Assembly (NCBI GenBank): GCA_964270895.1
Contig: OZ185436.1
Strand: one strand, 5' to 3'
DNA length: 64,000 bases
DNA from: Podarcis filfolensis
Taxonomy: Eukaryota
Shown: positions 28,250-41,604 of the stretch, one piece after another
Position numbering within the stretch: position 1 is the first letter of the stretch
Layout of the letters: each line of letters starts with the position of its first letter
Notes under the pieces: generated by a model
Told to the model about the DNA's origin: nothing
What the model saw: only the letters and a program-made list of their open reading frames with translations
Database searches by the model: none
Translations under genes and position numbers: made by a program

Positions 28250-28990
28250 ATGAGGTTTCAGCCTGCCTAAGTGGCAAGACCTTTGCTGAAAAAGGCCTCC
28301 CGGAGTCCCACTATTATGGATAATTATTAGCCAGTCTCCAATATTCCATTCCTGGACAAGGTGCTGAAGCATCTGGTGGCTTCTCAGCCTCACAAGTTCT
28401 TGGATGAGATGGATTGTCTAGATCCATTTCAGTCTGGATCCAGGCCTGGTTATGGGAAAGAAATGGCTTTGGGTCCCTTGGTGGATGACCTATGCTGGAA
28501 GCTGGACAGGGAGAGTGTGCTGGACCTCTCAGTGGCTTTTGATACCATTGACCATGGTATCCTACTATTATGAGACTTGGAGGAACTGTTTTAGGGTGGG
28601 TGTGGTCTATCTTGGAGGCCAAGCCCAGATGGTGGTGCTGGGTAACTCCTGTCCAATATTTTGATTGCTGGCTTGTTGCTTCCATTCTGGAAATGTCTGA
28701 TCTGGCCACTGTGATCCATAGCTTAGTTACATCCCAGTTATATCAAGCTTTCTGTGGGTGTGACGTTGCATAGTTTTTGGAAACTTCTGCAGTTCAGAAT
28801 GCTGACCAGAGCTGGTTACAGGAAGAACAGAAATTCCTTATGTCAACAGCTCCACTGACTACTGGTTTGTTTCTGGGCACATTTCAAAGTGCTCATTATG
28901 ACCTATAAAGCCCAATAAAGCTTGTGTCCAGGCTATCTGAAGGACCATATCTCCCTCTATGAGCCTGCCTGGGTTTGATCTTCAGGGGAA
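28250..28990 (+). mobile_element. L2/CR1-group LINE reverse transcriptase fragment, degenerate
   Basis: Translation LDPFQSGSRPGYGKEMAL...LDLSVAFDTIDHGILL is typical of L2-clade RT; stops and frameshifts follow. Confidence 0.8.
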
Positions 28991-30144
28991 ACCTTTATTT
29001 TGGTCCTGCATGCATAATAAAGTCGCACTTCAGCAAGTGAACATTACTTCAAGCATACATGTAAACTAGAAGCCTGCAACTAAAGGACACTGCTAAATTT
29101 TTGCTGCTGAATCCATAAATGAAATGAAGTGGCATCTTATGACAATACAATACAATGACAAAGAGTAGGACTCTTTGTTTTCTTGCTCCTAGGGCCTTTC
29201 AAAGCAAAACTAGCTGACTGCTATGGCATAAACGTTTAGATTTGGTGTATTATAGATGCATGCTCCATAACTGAATGACCATGTGTTCTGAAAATGCTTA
29301 ATTCAGAGGCGGGGAACTTGAGACCCTTCAGATGTTGTTGGACTATGCCTCCCACATTTCCAGGCCAATGTGGTCAGTAGTCTAGAGTGATTGAAGTTAT
29401 GAATGGGACATCCTGATGGGACGGTGTGTCTCTGGTCTAGAAAACGCTGCACTGACTGCCAGTGAGCTACCAAGCCCAATTCAAGGTGACAGGCTGGTTT
29501 AGAAGGCCCTAATCTGATTGGGACTCAAGTAGCTAAAAATGCATCTCCCGAGTATCAACCATCTTGAACCTTTTGATTGACATGTTGATGCTGCTAGATG
29601 AGCACTGACCTGTGGCAGCCTTCTTGGTAACTGTTCTCCAATGCCCTCCTTGGTGAATTGTTTCTTCCTCATTATTAATATCCCAAGAGGAATTTAAAAA
29701 CATTTATGTTCACCTGGGCATTTGATAGCTGAAAGACAATTTGCAGCAACCTTGAAATTAATAGCTATGATACGTGACTGTTCTTAAGATGTTTGATATA
29801 CTTTTAATTTCTTAAAATTGTATCATTTTGCTGTTTTATTATTTGCCACCCTAGGCTCCTTGAGTGGAAGGGCAAGATAGAGATTTAATTGATAACAGTT
29901 CAGCGCCTGGGGTCCCCCGCCTGGCTTAATTGATGGTCCTTGTAAATGCTAAACAAAAAAGTATCAATGAAGTTATCTCGAGTAAACAAAAAACAAAAAA
30001 TCAGACATCTTACTATAATATCATGCAAACAAGTAAATTACAATGAAATAGGAAATGTCTTTGTTATTGGCTGTTACTTTATAAAAATAAAAACCTGACG
30101 GTATAGTATATTTTGGTGGTATTGCATTGAGCACAAGACATTAA

Positions 30145-30345
<201 letters not shown>

Positions 30346-30758
30346 TAAAACAGGATCTGTACTACTCATTTTTTCTTAGTCCGTTGAAGATACATGATCT
30401 CATTGGTTGAGCAACAAATCACTGGTGCTGGTCTCTGTGTGACATTCTATCCCAATTATTGTAGTCTCACTTAGGATTCTGGGTCTTTGTCATAATGATC
30501 CTCACAAAGATAAAGTACTTGCTCAAAGCTTGTTATGTGAAGCTAAGATGTGCCATATGAGAGACATGCCATGCATGTAAGTTTTCCTTCACACTTTTGT
30601 ATGGTGCTCCTCCTGCCCACATGCCTGTATGGAAATAGCCTCAATAGAAAGAAAATACCATTCCCTTGGTTTCAGGCATGAGTACCATTTCCTTTGCTTT
30701 GCACACTTTCAGAATCCTTAAGTACTATGACTTTAATATAGGCTATCTTGATTTTTAG

Positions 30759-30794
30759 GTACGCAAAGAAAACCAGTGGTGTGAAGAAAAGTGA
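30759..30794 (+). CDS. SKP1: SKP1 exon 6 coding part (36 nt incl. TGA)
   Basis: tag|GTA CGC...AAG TGA; VRKENQWCEEK*. Total CDS is 97+74+144+141+36 = 492 nt = 163 aa. Confidence 0.99.
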   Translation, partial: VRKENQWCEEK

Positions 30795-31014
30795 AGTCTT
30801 GTGCCTGACAACTGACACTGTAAGGATCGTTCCAAATACCAGTTGCACTGCTCTGTTTATAACTGTTAATATTAGACAAATGCAGCAGCAAATGAAGTTG
30901 TTCTTGTAGGGTGGTGTTCTCTTTGCATGTGTAATATTTGAATATAGATTTAAATCCTTTTGGCTGAGTTTCTACCAGTGTAATCCAATGTCCCCATACT
31001 TTTCCTCTGATACC

Positions 31015-31153
31015 AATAAAACTAAACTAAGTGTGGACTCCGTATGGCAATTCGCACCGCAAGCTAGCCTTTCCATGCTTTTAAATGTGTCACTGTATCA
31101 TTTAAAATATATAGGATGTCAGAAATTCAGCAACCTCTGGCACTGTAAATAAA
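31015..31153 (+). terminator. SKP1 polyadenylation signals (AATAAA at 31015-31020 and 31148-31153)
   Basis: Canonical hexamers about 220 and 355 nt after the stop codon. Confidence 0.65.
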
Positions 31154-33534
31154 ATCAATTGCAAAAGTTTTCTGAAACAGAATTAATGAAGCCTGTTTTC
31201 ATTCACATCCTAATGGCTTCTTAGAACAATGGGAAGTCTGGAAAAACCAGTTGCAGTAATTGTTTCTTCAATTCTACACCTTTATTTGTTGGGGACAAGT
31301 GACAACTGCCACAAACCGTGTTGGTTTTGTTAGCTAAGGGTCAGTGCTAGAGGCGTGATGTAGAATTGATTCAGGCAGTTAGAGGTAGACAGTTAAACCC
31401 ATTTTTGGCCAGATAACAAAGATCATGCTTCTTTCTGGAAATCACAGTTTAGTTGCCTAGTCCCCCGAACCAGCAGATTAAATCCCACTGTGTGATCAAA
31501 AGAGATTACCAAAGCTAAAATTCCATGGATAGTACATGTTGGTGCTTGCTATGTTAGGCAAGCTGCAGTATTTTCCTGTAGTTTTAAAAAAATTCTTATT
31601 CTGTGAAAGTCTTAGTCTGCAGTGTTGTACATGAAGTCAGATTGCAGTGACTTGTCACTGTGCATACGCAGTATGATACTGATGTTGTGCCATTTGATGG
31701 TTGTTTAGGAAAAAAACCACTTCTTTTTTCCAGTTTCTACAGTTCCCCTGTAGGAATTAGGATGTTCGTATGTACTAAGCATTGAGGCATCCCCTTGGCT
31801 TGTATTGCATTCCATTTTCTGTATACACACTAGAATAGAACAAAACCCTAATAAATATACTTCACTTCAAAGATCAGTGGTGACCTTTGAATGTTCTATA
31901 CAGAATAAGATACCTGGAGTTAAATGAGGCAGTTAAAATTGAAACATGCATAGCAACCAATGTGCATATTGCTCCACAACTTTGCAAGCTGTTAACATGA
32001 AATGATTGTATACTTGATAGTGCCAGCTGCCATCTTCAGAAGAAACAGTCGGGGGGGGGGATGGGTGGAAGGGAAGGGGGCTGCAAAAGATGGGCTTCAG
32101 TTACCAGTACATGAGTGCTGAAATATTCTTCAAGTAGTCGTCTTCTTAAACCCAACCCCAGTGGTTTATCAAAACATCTCCATTTCTAGTCTTCTATGCC
32201 TATAACCCTGTGTCTTTTAAAGTAATCAAACTGCATATGCTTACTTTTCATTTTCCAGGATCAAGTCTCCAATTCCACTTGCTCAACCAATGAGTCCAGC
32301 ACTGGATTGCATGAAAAAGTCCAATATTATAACAGTTCTAATTACTGGGATCTACCTCAGGGTGGGGATGGTTGTCTTTTGTGGAAGTGTATGGGAAGGA
32401 AGGAACTCAAATGTTCCCATGACTCATGATGATGTTGCTCAACATGCATGGGTTTTTGGAAAGAACCAGCAGTTCCAGGTTAAGGTTAACCCTGGGTCTT
32501 GTGAGCATGGCAAGGACATTGTCAGACAGGGACTGGTGAAAGGGAAATACTTGACACTTCTCATTCGCCTAGACTTTCTGGCAAGGTCTTTCTGGCTCTT
32601 GTCGTCCAGATAGTTTTGGTGGAAGGGAGATCTTGAACCCAGAAGCGCAGGAATTGGGCAGTTATCAGAATTCCCAGTGAGGGTTTCAAACACACTTGTT
32701 GTCTTCTAGCAGGGGATACTGTCGAAAGTTCCAGTGCTTATACTCTCCCTTTAGAATTTGAGAGCAGAGGCCACAACTAATCCCCTATCCAGGTTGTGTC
32801 TCTTTGAAATTATCCTATAATACGCAATGCAGTGAGTACCTTCTATCCCTTCCCTGTTGTCTCATTAAAGAAGTGAGCCACTTCTCTGCATTGCTATCGG
32901 TAAACATTGGCGGGGAGGGGTAAAGAATTGACTAACCAGAGAGTCAAGAAGGTAAGATGATAGAAAACCTGCCTTTGACATGTTGGCAGCATCTCCCTTT
33001 AACCTCTAAAGGAGTCTGTTGTGCAGAGAGTGGGATTAAGCCAGACATTTTCAGTGTTTCTAGTTCCTGTTAGTGTTGCCGCCTTCTCTTTGGTTGTGAA
33101 GAAATTTGATGCCAGTGTGGGTTAGAGAGCATCTAAAAGCCTGGCCATGCGAAGTACTTTCGGATGGTTATGGAGCAAACAATAAATTTGCTCCAGCAGG
33201 CTAAAGAATACCCTTTGTACTCTTGGGATATTTCAAGTAGAAAAATGTCTACTTGCTGTTGACTGAAGATGATCTATTTGGTATACTGCCTGCTGAAAAC
33301 ATTCTGCAAGGCTAGAAGGGCACAGTTCTGAATATGCCGGGTAGCCTGCACTTTGAGAAAGAGAAGTGTGAGGTGTTTATTTTCTAGCTTAACCTGAGAA
33401 GGTGAGTACTGTGAAATAGTCACATTAAAATAGTTGCAACTTTGGTCATAAGAGGTGTACTTAACATTATTATTTTGTGGACTTTGGATTGTGGCTGTTA
33501 ACACATATTGCTCTTAAAGATCATGCCTTAGCAT

Positions 33535-33675
33535 GTTGTTGTTGTTGTTTAGTCGTGCCCGACTCTTTGTGACCCCATGGACCAGAGCACGCCAGGCACT
33601 CCTGTCTTCCACTGCCTCCCGCAGTTTGGTTAGACTCATGCTGGTAGCTTCGAGAACACTGTCCAATCATCTCGT
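33535..33675 (-). mobile_element. BovB (RTE) LINE, 5'-truncated 3' end
   Basis: (GTT)n tail plus tagtcgtgcccgactctttgtgaccccatggaccagagcacgccaggc matches the BovB 3' end in reverse; flanked by CTTAGCAT at 33527-33534 and 33676-33683. Confidence 0.85.
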
Positions 33676-34106
33676 CTTAGCATACTGTGTTTTAAATTAA
33701 GTTCCAGGAGTTTAATTCAGCTAACTCATTGCATGGGTAGAACAATTTCCACTTGTGCAAAAGAACGTCTCTGTGCTCCCCCAGAGACAGTTTGAAGGGC
33801 ATGTGTGGCGGCAGGGAGGAGAGGTTCCACTCATGCAATGACTTAGTTGGATGCAGTTCTTAATTACTATTGCTGAAAAAGGTCAACATCACCATTGCTA
33901 AGCAATTGTGTGTTTGGCCCCTTAACGAAACCCTGCATCATTGTAGTCTGACTTTCTTTACTCAGTCTGCATCCCATATTTAGAGAGCAGTGATACATCT
34001 GGGCAAGATAGAGAAGGTATACCAGGCAAGGAAGCACATAACAGTCCGTTTTGTAGAATTATAGTCTCCAGTTGCCTGTTTTTGAATGGGCAATCTGGTA
34101 GATTAC

Positions 34107-34112
34107 TTTATT
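34107..34112 (-). terminator. Candidate TCF7 distal polyadenylation signal
   Basis: AATAAA on the minus strand at the end of a long AU/U-rich, largely repeat-free stretch from 38851; other hexamers exist (e.g. near 35041), so the assignment is uncertain. Confidence 0.35.
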
Positions 34113-37100
34113 TATAAAGCCATAAACAAATCTTGAACATAAGCCAAAAAATACAAGCTCAAAGTAAAAAAAAAAAAAATTACAACAGATGATAGCTGAG
34201 AGAGCTGCTGCAGAATTTTTTTCCTGCTACATACATACAGTGGTTTTAAATGATTTGTTGAAGTGGTCTTTCCATGACTTGTACATTCAAACAGGCTTTA
34301 GGAAATCAAATATGTGATTAAAGAACTGAAATTGTCATATATGAATTATAGACTCAAGAGTAAAACATGAAGGGTAAAGCTTTCATTAAAAAAACATATA
34401 AATTGTATTGACACACAAGACTTCATATAGCATTTCTAAAGATCTACTTTTTGGCATTTAAGTGACTTTTTTGGGAATCTGTTACTTGCTGTATGGGATA
34501 TGGATAGTTTGTGCCTTTTGGTAATCCATCATTGTAAACAGTTGCTAAAAACAATGCAGTTGTTCCTAGTTTCATAAATGTTAATCTGCATGCTTATCAA
34601 CACATTCAGCTCCATTTTTATTTAAGTAGCTATGTACACCTAATGGCCCTGAATCTGTACGTATACTGAGATGCAAATCTGCTTGGGCTGTTGTTGCATA
34701 GGCAAGGGGACTACACAGAATTTCAGAGTAGATGGGACAGATTTTTTTCTGGAAGGAGAGAGAAAGGGGGCACTAGTTATTTTGCACAGTCCTTAAATTG
34801 ACTTGTAAGATAGGACTATCTTCCCTACTGCTATCTTTCGTTCAGTTCTCAGGTTGCATTACTATGCAAGAAATATGAAATCCAATCTACCCTTCCTCCT
34901 TCTGATATATTTCTTTATAGACCTTTTCCCGACAGGGCTCAAGGCAGCTTACATATAAAAATGAGAACCGTTAAAAACATAGAAAATGCCATTGTTGAAC
35001 CACTCCCCAAACTGGGACACAATAACTTACATTAAATGTATTTATTTGTATTTGTTTTATGAAAAAAAGAAAAGGACTAGCATATGATGAAGGCTTGAAA
35101 TATGTATGCTGTTTGCAGCTGAATGAAAAATGGAATTGTCAATGTGTTTCAGCAGGGGTGTACTCCTCAATCCACACCAAATTTAAGTCTAAATCTGAGG
35201 TATGTATTGTTGAATATATTTCTAATATCAAATTGCTAGCTGGCCTTTCACATATATCTTCTCTACCACTTCCCTGCCATGTTGTGGGGAAAATTCAGGA
35301 CAAGTGTAGAGTATTTATTACGTGTACAAAAGAAAGTTTCTTACAAGAAAATTGCACTGACTGCAGTTGCAAACTGGTAAATCCTTTTTGCATTGGTAGA
35401 ATATCGCCTATCTTAAATTTGTTTCCAAAGCAAAATTTTGGATATATTTTCCCCAAAGTTGGAGAAGCAAACACTGCTTTGAATTGGAGGGACCATTGAA
35501 AATAATCCCGACGTGGTCATCTGCTGCAGCCACTGTCTTAATAAAATATATTTAAATTTTCTGATACATTCTCTTAGAGATATTGGAGGAAAAGCCTGTC
35601 CAGCTCTTTCACTGATTAAAAAGCTCACGATAACAGATGCCTCATGAGGTTCACAGATCTTTTTACTAGATAAGGATGACACACTTTTTCTCAGGGATAA
35701 GAGGACTCCCCCAAATATGACTCCCCCATATTGCAAACCGTTTGAGATTTTGTGCCTTTGCTGCAAAATCATATTTTCAAGTAACTTTTTTTCTTCAAGT
35801 AATACAACTGAGTGTAATGCAGCTGCTATCTAGATTTGGGCCTTAGATTTCACAGTTTCTCCTTTAGTAGTTGGGTAGGAACATACCAGCTTTTAACTAA
35901 TGATGATTTTAGCCTATGTTGTGTGTGTATTCGCATGCATGTATGTACAAGAGGAAAGGCTTTGCCAGTACAGTAAGGGCAGTGGTGTGCGCATATTTTG
36001 TATATAACAGGAAAAATAACAGGAAAAAACTTGACATTTTTTAAAAATAAGAAATCATGATTGTGTGTGGTATATAAATATTTAACCAGAAAATATACTC
36101 TCATACATACTATATTGATCTCAGAAAAATTGAGAGTGAAATTAATTCAGGGTGCAGAGATGGGAGGAAATCAAGAATATTTCAGTGATATAAATGGAAC
36201 ATGTCCAGATTACCACATAACACACAAGGGCTTTTTAGATGTGTGCCTTTTTGTGCCAGTGTACTTGTGTAGTTCCACTACAATTAAGCAACATTTTTAA
36301 AGATTGTCTAGGAATAGGTTTTGGAATACTGCAAAAAAAAAAAAAATACTGTTAAAAAGGGAGGGGGGATACTAGTGCAAACAAGCTTTATATACTGTAG
36401 AGCTTATTCCAATATGTAGAAAAATAGTTTAGGCCTTTACGTATTTGCTTTAAATACAAAAATAGATTGGATATTAAAATGGTGCATTCTGGTTATACCG
36501 CTGCAATAATTGCAATACTGTGCTTTGTGTTCAAAATGCTGCAGGTGAAAAGAAGAGACTTCCTGGTTGTGTTAGTGCACACTTTTTTTCAAACAGCAAA
36601 GACAGGTTTGCTAAAAAAAAAAAATGGGAACAACAGTATTTTAGTGAGGTTTATGTGAATATGACTCATGTGACCTAGGTTTTTAAGGCTGTAATCATAT
36701 ATCACCATTCTGCTAGTTGAATTCTCAGTGTAGACTTCCGCTAGTGGGACTAGTTAGTTGAATCTGGCCCATATGTTCAGTATCTGGAAGTCGTTTATTT
36801 TGGCAAGAAATCTTTTATGTTTGGATTCAGTTTTACCAAATGGTTAAATTGTTTTGGCAACTTTCTGCCCATAATTTCAGTAATGGTGCCAGTTTGGTCA
36901 GCTAGAGAAGAAGTGTTACAGGAGGAAGAGTGAACATAAGTTTAAGGTTTGCCTGCATTATATTTGTCACTCCTGCCTGAGGCTACATACCTTTTCAGCT
37001 TCATTTGATGCTTTTGAGTTGAATGGAGCATCTCTTGTGTGGTTCAACTTTGTGTCCACACACTGGAGTAGGTGCTTGTATGCCCCTTGTATACAAGTGA

Positions 37101-38851
37101 GTTTATATTAAAACTTGCTGAAGTATAACTGTGAAGGACATAGGACTCATTGCACAGTGAGAGAATAATACCACCTGCAAATTTTAGCTGTTCCATAATA
37201 TGCATTTTCCTATCTTTTCTCCAAGAGGCCACTGTTCCTTTCTGCAGTATTTTAATACGCATGGCATTCTGTGTGTGTTTGGGTCCTCCAAGAAAAATAA
37301 CACACAGGATGTTGCTTGACTGGTATTAGGGCTAATAAGCAGCCATCTTTGCCCTAGTACTGAGGGCAGGGAGCACATAGCCCCCAAATATCATTTTTTA
37401 AAATAAAGATTGCACAATAGGCTGAGGTGTTTGAGCAACTAATGGAATGGGACTAGGCTTAGGTTTTACGGCTCTCTGACCAAAATTGTATCGCATACTA
37501 TTTCTAACAAGCAGGGCTTTCATTGCTAAATTTGTAATATATTCCATGATCTGCGTAACAATGTTTAGTACAGAGTGAGAAAATTCAGCAACATCAGGAA
37601 CCCCGCATACTTTTCTAGTCCTTAATGGCTGTCAGCAAAGGCTTAACAAAGTGTGGTGGCTTAGTCTGGGTAAGCTTTTGGAAAACCAAAAATGTGCTTA
37701 GTAAAATTTATAGTGATGCTGTATGTGTCTAGCTTTTCAGTGCCTTTTATCACTCCTTGGCCTGTCCCAATGACTAGCAGATACAGAATAAATCATGCAA
37801 AATAAGCATTTATGAATTTTACGTAATTAATGCACATTGCAGAGCTCAGTGTCATAGCAGAAAATGTTTTTTGTTTGGAATGCAGTAGAATGCCTTTTTT
37901 TTTTTTTTGCAGCTGCAATCCATTGCTGTAATTTACAAAAGCTACAATAATCTGTTAGGGAGATGTTCAAAAATACAACATTATTGTTTAGAAAGTGAAA
38001 GATGCCTGTGATAAAAGCAAAGCATTGCCATAATAAATGCACACTAAGTTTGTACAGAAACAAAACTAAAAACCCTGCAGAAAAATCCCTGTTTTCCAGA
38101 GTGTGTATATAGTGAATAGAAATGGGGCAATAAAAGAGTTGTAACTTATTGTTTAAAGGTAGTGACAAGAAAATAATACTTGACAGTTTAAACCAGTAAA
38201 GGAGCCTGTGCATGCTTCCTTTATCTTTTGATAAGTATTCGTTTTCAAGCAGTGGGTATCTCCTCCAAAATGTATTAAGAATACTTTCACCTGGAATCAA
38301 CATTTCACCTCACAAGATGAGGCATAATAATTTATTCCATATATTCTCATGCCAGACAGGTCAGCTACTTTACATTGCCCCTATCAAGCAACTAGGCTTG
38401 TGTAAAACAAAACCACACTGTTCTTTCAGCTGCTTTGGCATACCTGTGTCATATCTACAAGAGGACTATGATTGAAATGCAAGTCTTTGAACGGTAAGAA
38501 AGAAAAGAATGCCTAACATTTAGCACCTCTTAGCTACTTTTAAAAATCTGGGTGTCCTATTTCAGTTTTAGCTGGTTTGGTAGACAAAGAAATTCTCAAG
38601 TTACTGACCAGAACGGAGTTTTATGTTCTTGTTCCTACTTCTGAAGAGAGACACTGTGTGTCCTTACTTACATTATAAAAAGCACTTTCAGTGCTCCGAT
38701 GTTTTCCAATTATTGACAGCTTTCTCCTGACTTTGAGACTGCCATTTGATGGCATGGTAGGCTTGTCTCTGGCAGCTTCCATAGGTAGTGAAACCACTCA
38801 TCAAAGTGCCTGATGAATTTGCCGGCCTTGCTGGTCACTGCTGCATGAGTA

Positions 38852-39170
38852 CTACGTTCCTATTGATAGGACACTGTACCCTGAGGATTCGCTGGGTGCT
38901 ACAGATGTGTGAGACACTGCTGAGCATTTAGAAGTGAGTCCTGATGTGCTTGTAGCAGTTTTGATACACGTAGATGCAGGGAAAGGACTGGCTTGGTTTT
39001 GGTGTGTGAAATCGGCAGGGGCAGCAAGCTTGTCTGAAGTAAAAGCAGTGGATATGCACTGCAGCACATCCAAGGGGGAGGGAGGGGAATCTATAGCACT
39101 TCCATCGGAAGAAACTGGGCTGGCACAGCGTCCTTCTCCTTGTAGGTACCGAATGCACTTCTTTTTCCTC
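38852..39170 (-). CDS. TCF7: TCF7 last coding exon, dual frame (E-tail to 38852; short B-type tail to 39091)
   Basis: cttag|GAGG...; E frame [32 protein letters not shown]...SIGT*; alternative frame GGKRSAFGTYKEKDAVPAQFLPMEVL*, compare human GGKRNAFGTYPEKAAAPAPFLPMTVL. Confidence 0.95.
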
Positions 39171-41531
39171 CTAAGAACAGTGAAGAGAGTTATCTGTAAA
39201 TAAAGGGTGAATTTACAGGGTCATATTCTTAAAATGATAGAGTGACAGCAGTCATTACAGTCATTTCTCTGCAGCACACAGCAAAGGCTGGATGAGTGGT
39301 GGGGAATATTCTCGTCGGCTCTCTGCAGCTCTCTTGCCTCAGAAGCATTTTTCTAAAATACACTCACAATTTGCAGTGTTTACCACTGGGTGGCAGTGTA
39401 ACTATAGTGCTGCAGCCTGTTTCAGAGTGGACAAAAGTGGAAGCAGATTAGCCTTCTGTGGCATCAGCATACTTGTAAAGGGAGATCAGCAGGTTCTAAG
39501 CGTTCTGCTTACGAGTAGCAGCAAAGAAATGGAAAAATTGCAGATGTGAAAAGTTTGGTGTGATCAACTGTATTTGCCATCACTTGCAGAATGCCATGTG
39601 AATGCAGCGTGAGTATTTTCCATGACTGAAGAAGTTGGAAAGCTACTGTGCACATCAGCTTCTTAGCTTGCTTGCATGAAATAGTGTGCTGCATTGTTAG
39701 AAAGATGGGTCAAATGGTCATTCCAGAATGACCTTCCCAAAGGGATGTGGCCCTCAAAAACAATGACAGAACTGGGGAGAGGGGAAATTAAGTAAAATGT
39801 ATGGGGGTGAAGGTGTATAAATGGGAAGGAATAAATGCTATTGATTATTTTTGTCTATTTACCCCACTCCATCTCTTGGCAGAATATTTGCATGTAAACA
39901 TGCCCCACTTGAATTGCATAGATGACAAAGTCACAAATCACTCTTACCAAATGTTGCAGTTCTGCATATCTCTAGGGTGGAGCACCAGCGTAATAGTGTG
40001 AAAAAAAGTTTCTCTGTGTGCATGTGTATGTACACACCACAGATCAGTTAGCCTAGGTACTAAAACCAGCAACCAACTATTATGACACCAGCCAACAGCA
40101 GGTGTCATATGTGTGTAGAGAGCCCTGCTTTCTGCTCCCTGATGCATAGAAGCCCTCAAACTAGGCCCATTGGTGCGAATGAGGGTGCAGGTATAGCCCA
40201 TACTCCAAACCTGTCTTCCCTATCACCAGCTACCCTGTAGTCTGCTATATGAATAAAATATACTTGCACAGAGGTGGCCATGGCCTGCAAATAATAATAA
40301 TTTTATTATTTATACCCCGCTCATCTGGTTAGGTTTCCCTAGCCACTCTGGGCGGCTTACAACATATATAAGGAACATGTCCCCTTGACCCTAATACTCT
40401 GCTGGTGGTGTAAGGAAGGCCCCAGCTCATTTGCTTCTGGACTAATCAGTGCTGCACAAAAGCAAAGGGAGTGTTCATTAATTAATGCAAATCATTTTCT
40501 TGCATTTTGAAAGGAAAGCTATTAAGACTGGCATTAGTTATGCTGCTGGGTGGGAATCAGAAGTCTAGTCTTGTGAGTTGACCTTTTAAATTGCTTTGCA
40601 TAATTTTAGGCTGAAATTCAATGCAGAGCCTGCTAGTAAAAGATGACAAGCCACTTAATGGCTAATGAGAATAACTGGCTCACCAACTTTTATTAGACAG
40701 TGGCTGGAGACTACCAGTTTTTCCTGTAACAAATGCTGTGTTCTGTGGGGAGGTGTGAACAGCAATGAAGTGGCAGTCTTAAAGAACTGGTTACACAGTG
40801 GCTGCAATGCCCCTTCTATATTGGCCCTCTTCAGACAACCAATTTTCTCTTCATCGAAGTCTCCTGATAAAAGAACAGGACTCCACCCTTTAATGAGAGA
40901 AAACGGATGATGGTGATGGCACAAAGGCACATGGGAAGGTTGTTGAAAGCAGGTTTTTGGACCTTGTGATTCATAAATCTAGAAAAACTTATTTTGAAGG
41001 GCTGAAAACCACACCATTGGAAAGCATCTCAACAGGTGATCTAATCTAAACCTCCATCAGTGCAGGAAATTCCCAGCTCCAGATTCCTGGCTATGTGGTC
41101 ATCCAGACCTTGCCAGTGTGATACCCCATAAAGGAAGATCTTGCAAGTGTGAAGGTAGGTGGAGTCCATGCTACAAGGGAGAAATGAATGCCAACTTTCA
41201 CCCTTCCTGTTATGTAAAAAAAAACCTGAGACATCTGTCTGCACTGGAAGAAACTTGCTTCTGAGTAGACATACATAGGATTGCATGGTTAAGATCCCCC
41301 CCCCCCCCGGTCATTGTTCTTTTCCATCTCAGAAGTAGAAGGCTTTTGGAAGCATCACTCATAAACAGTTGAAATCCATGGAAAACCTAGGCAGGCCATA
41401 AGGAGCGCCATTAGTAGTGTTAGGGGCAAGGGCAGCTGCAGAAAAGGGGCATGAAAAATAAAAATTGCACAGCAAAGAACAACCTGCATGGTAAGCAACA
41501 AGCTTAGAAAGCAAAGATGTCCAATACACAC

Positions 41532-41604
41532 CTGCACGGTCCACACCAGTCCATTTGTTGGTTGAGACCAAAGCGAGCTCTGCATTTCTTAGGAGAAGCA
41601 GGAT
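41532..41604 (-). CDS. TCF7: TCF7 C-clamp (CRARF) exon (73 nt, alternative)
   Basis: ctcag|AT CCT...TGC AG|gtgtgt; [25 protein letters not shown]. Confidence 0.97.

Noticed and set aside
32290-32693. Overlapping ORFs between SKP1 and TCF7 as a pseudogene or small gene
   Set aside because: No recognisable homology, promoter or splice structure; a tBLASTx search would be needed to revive it.
37827-38303. 158-aa minus-strand ORF, the longest in the track
   Set aside because: It lies in the AT-rich presumed TCF7 3' UTR, includes a poly-A-derived Lys run, and has no recognisable domain.
39060-39080. PLDVL in the E-tail as a CtBP-binding PxDLS motif
   Set aside because: It does not match PxDLS and aligns with the DSPPSP region shared with TCF7L2, not with its CtBP motifs.
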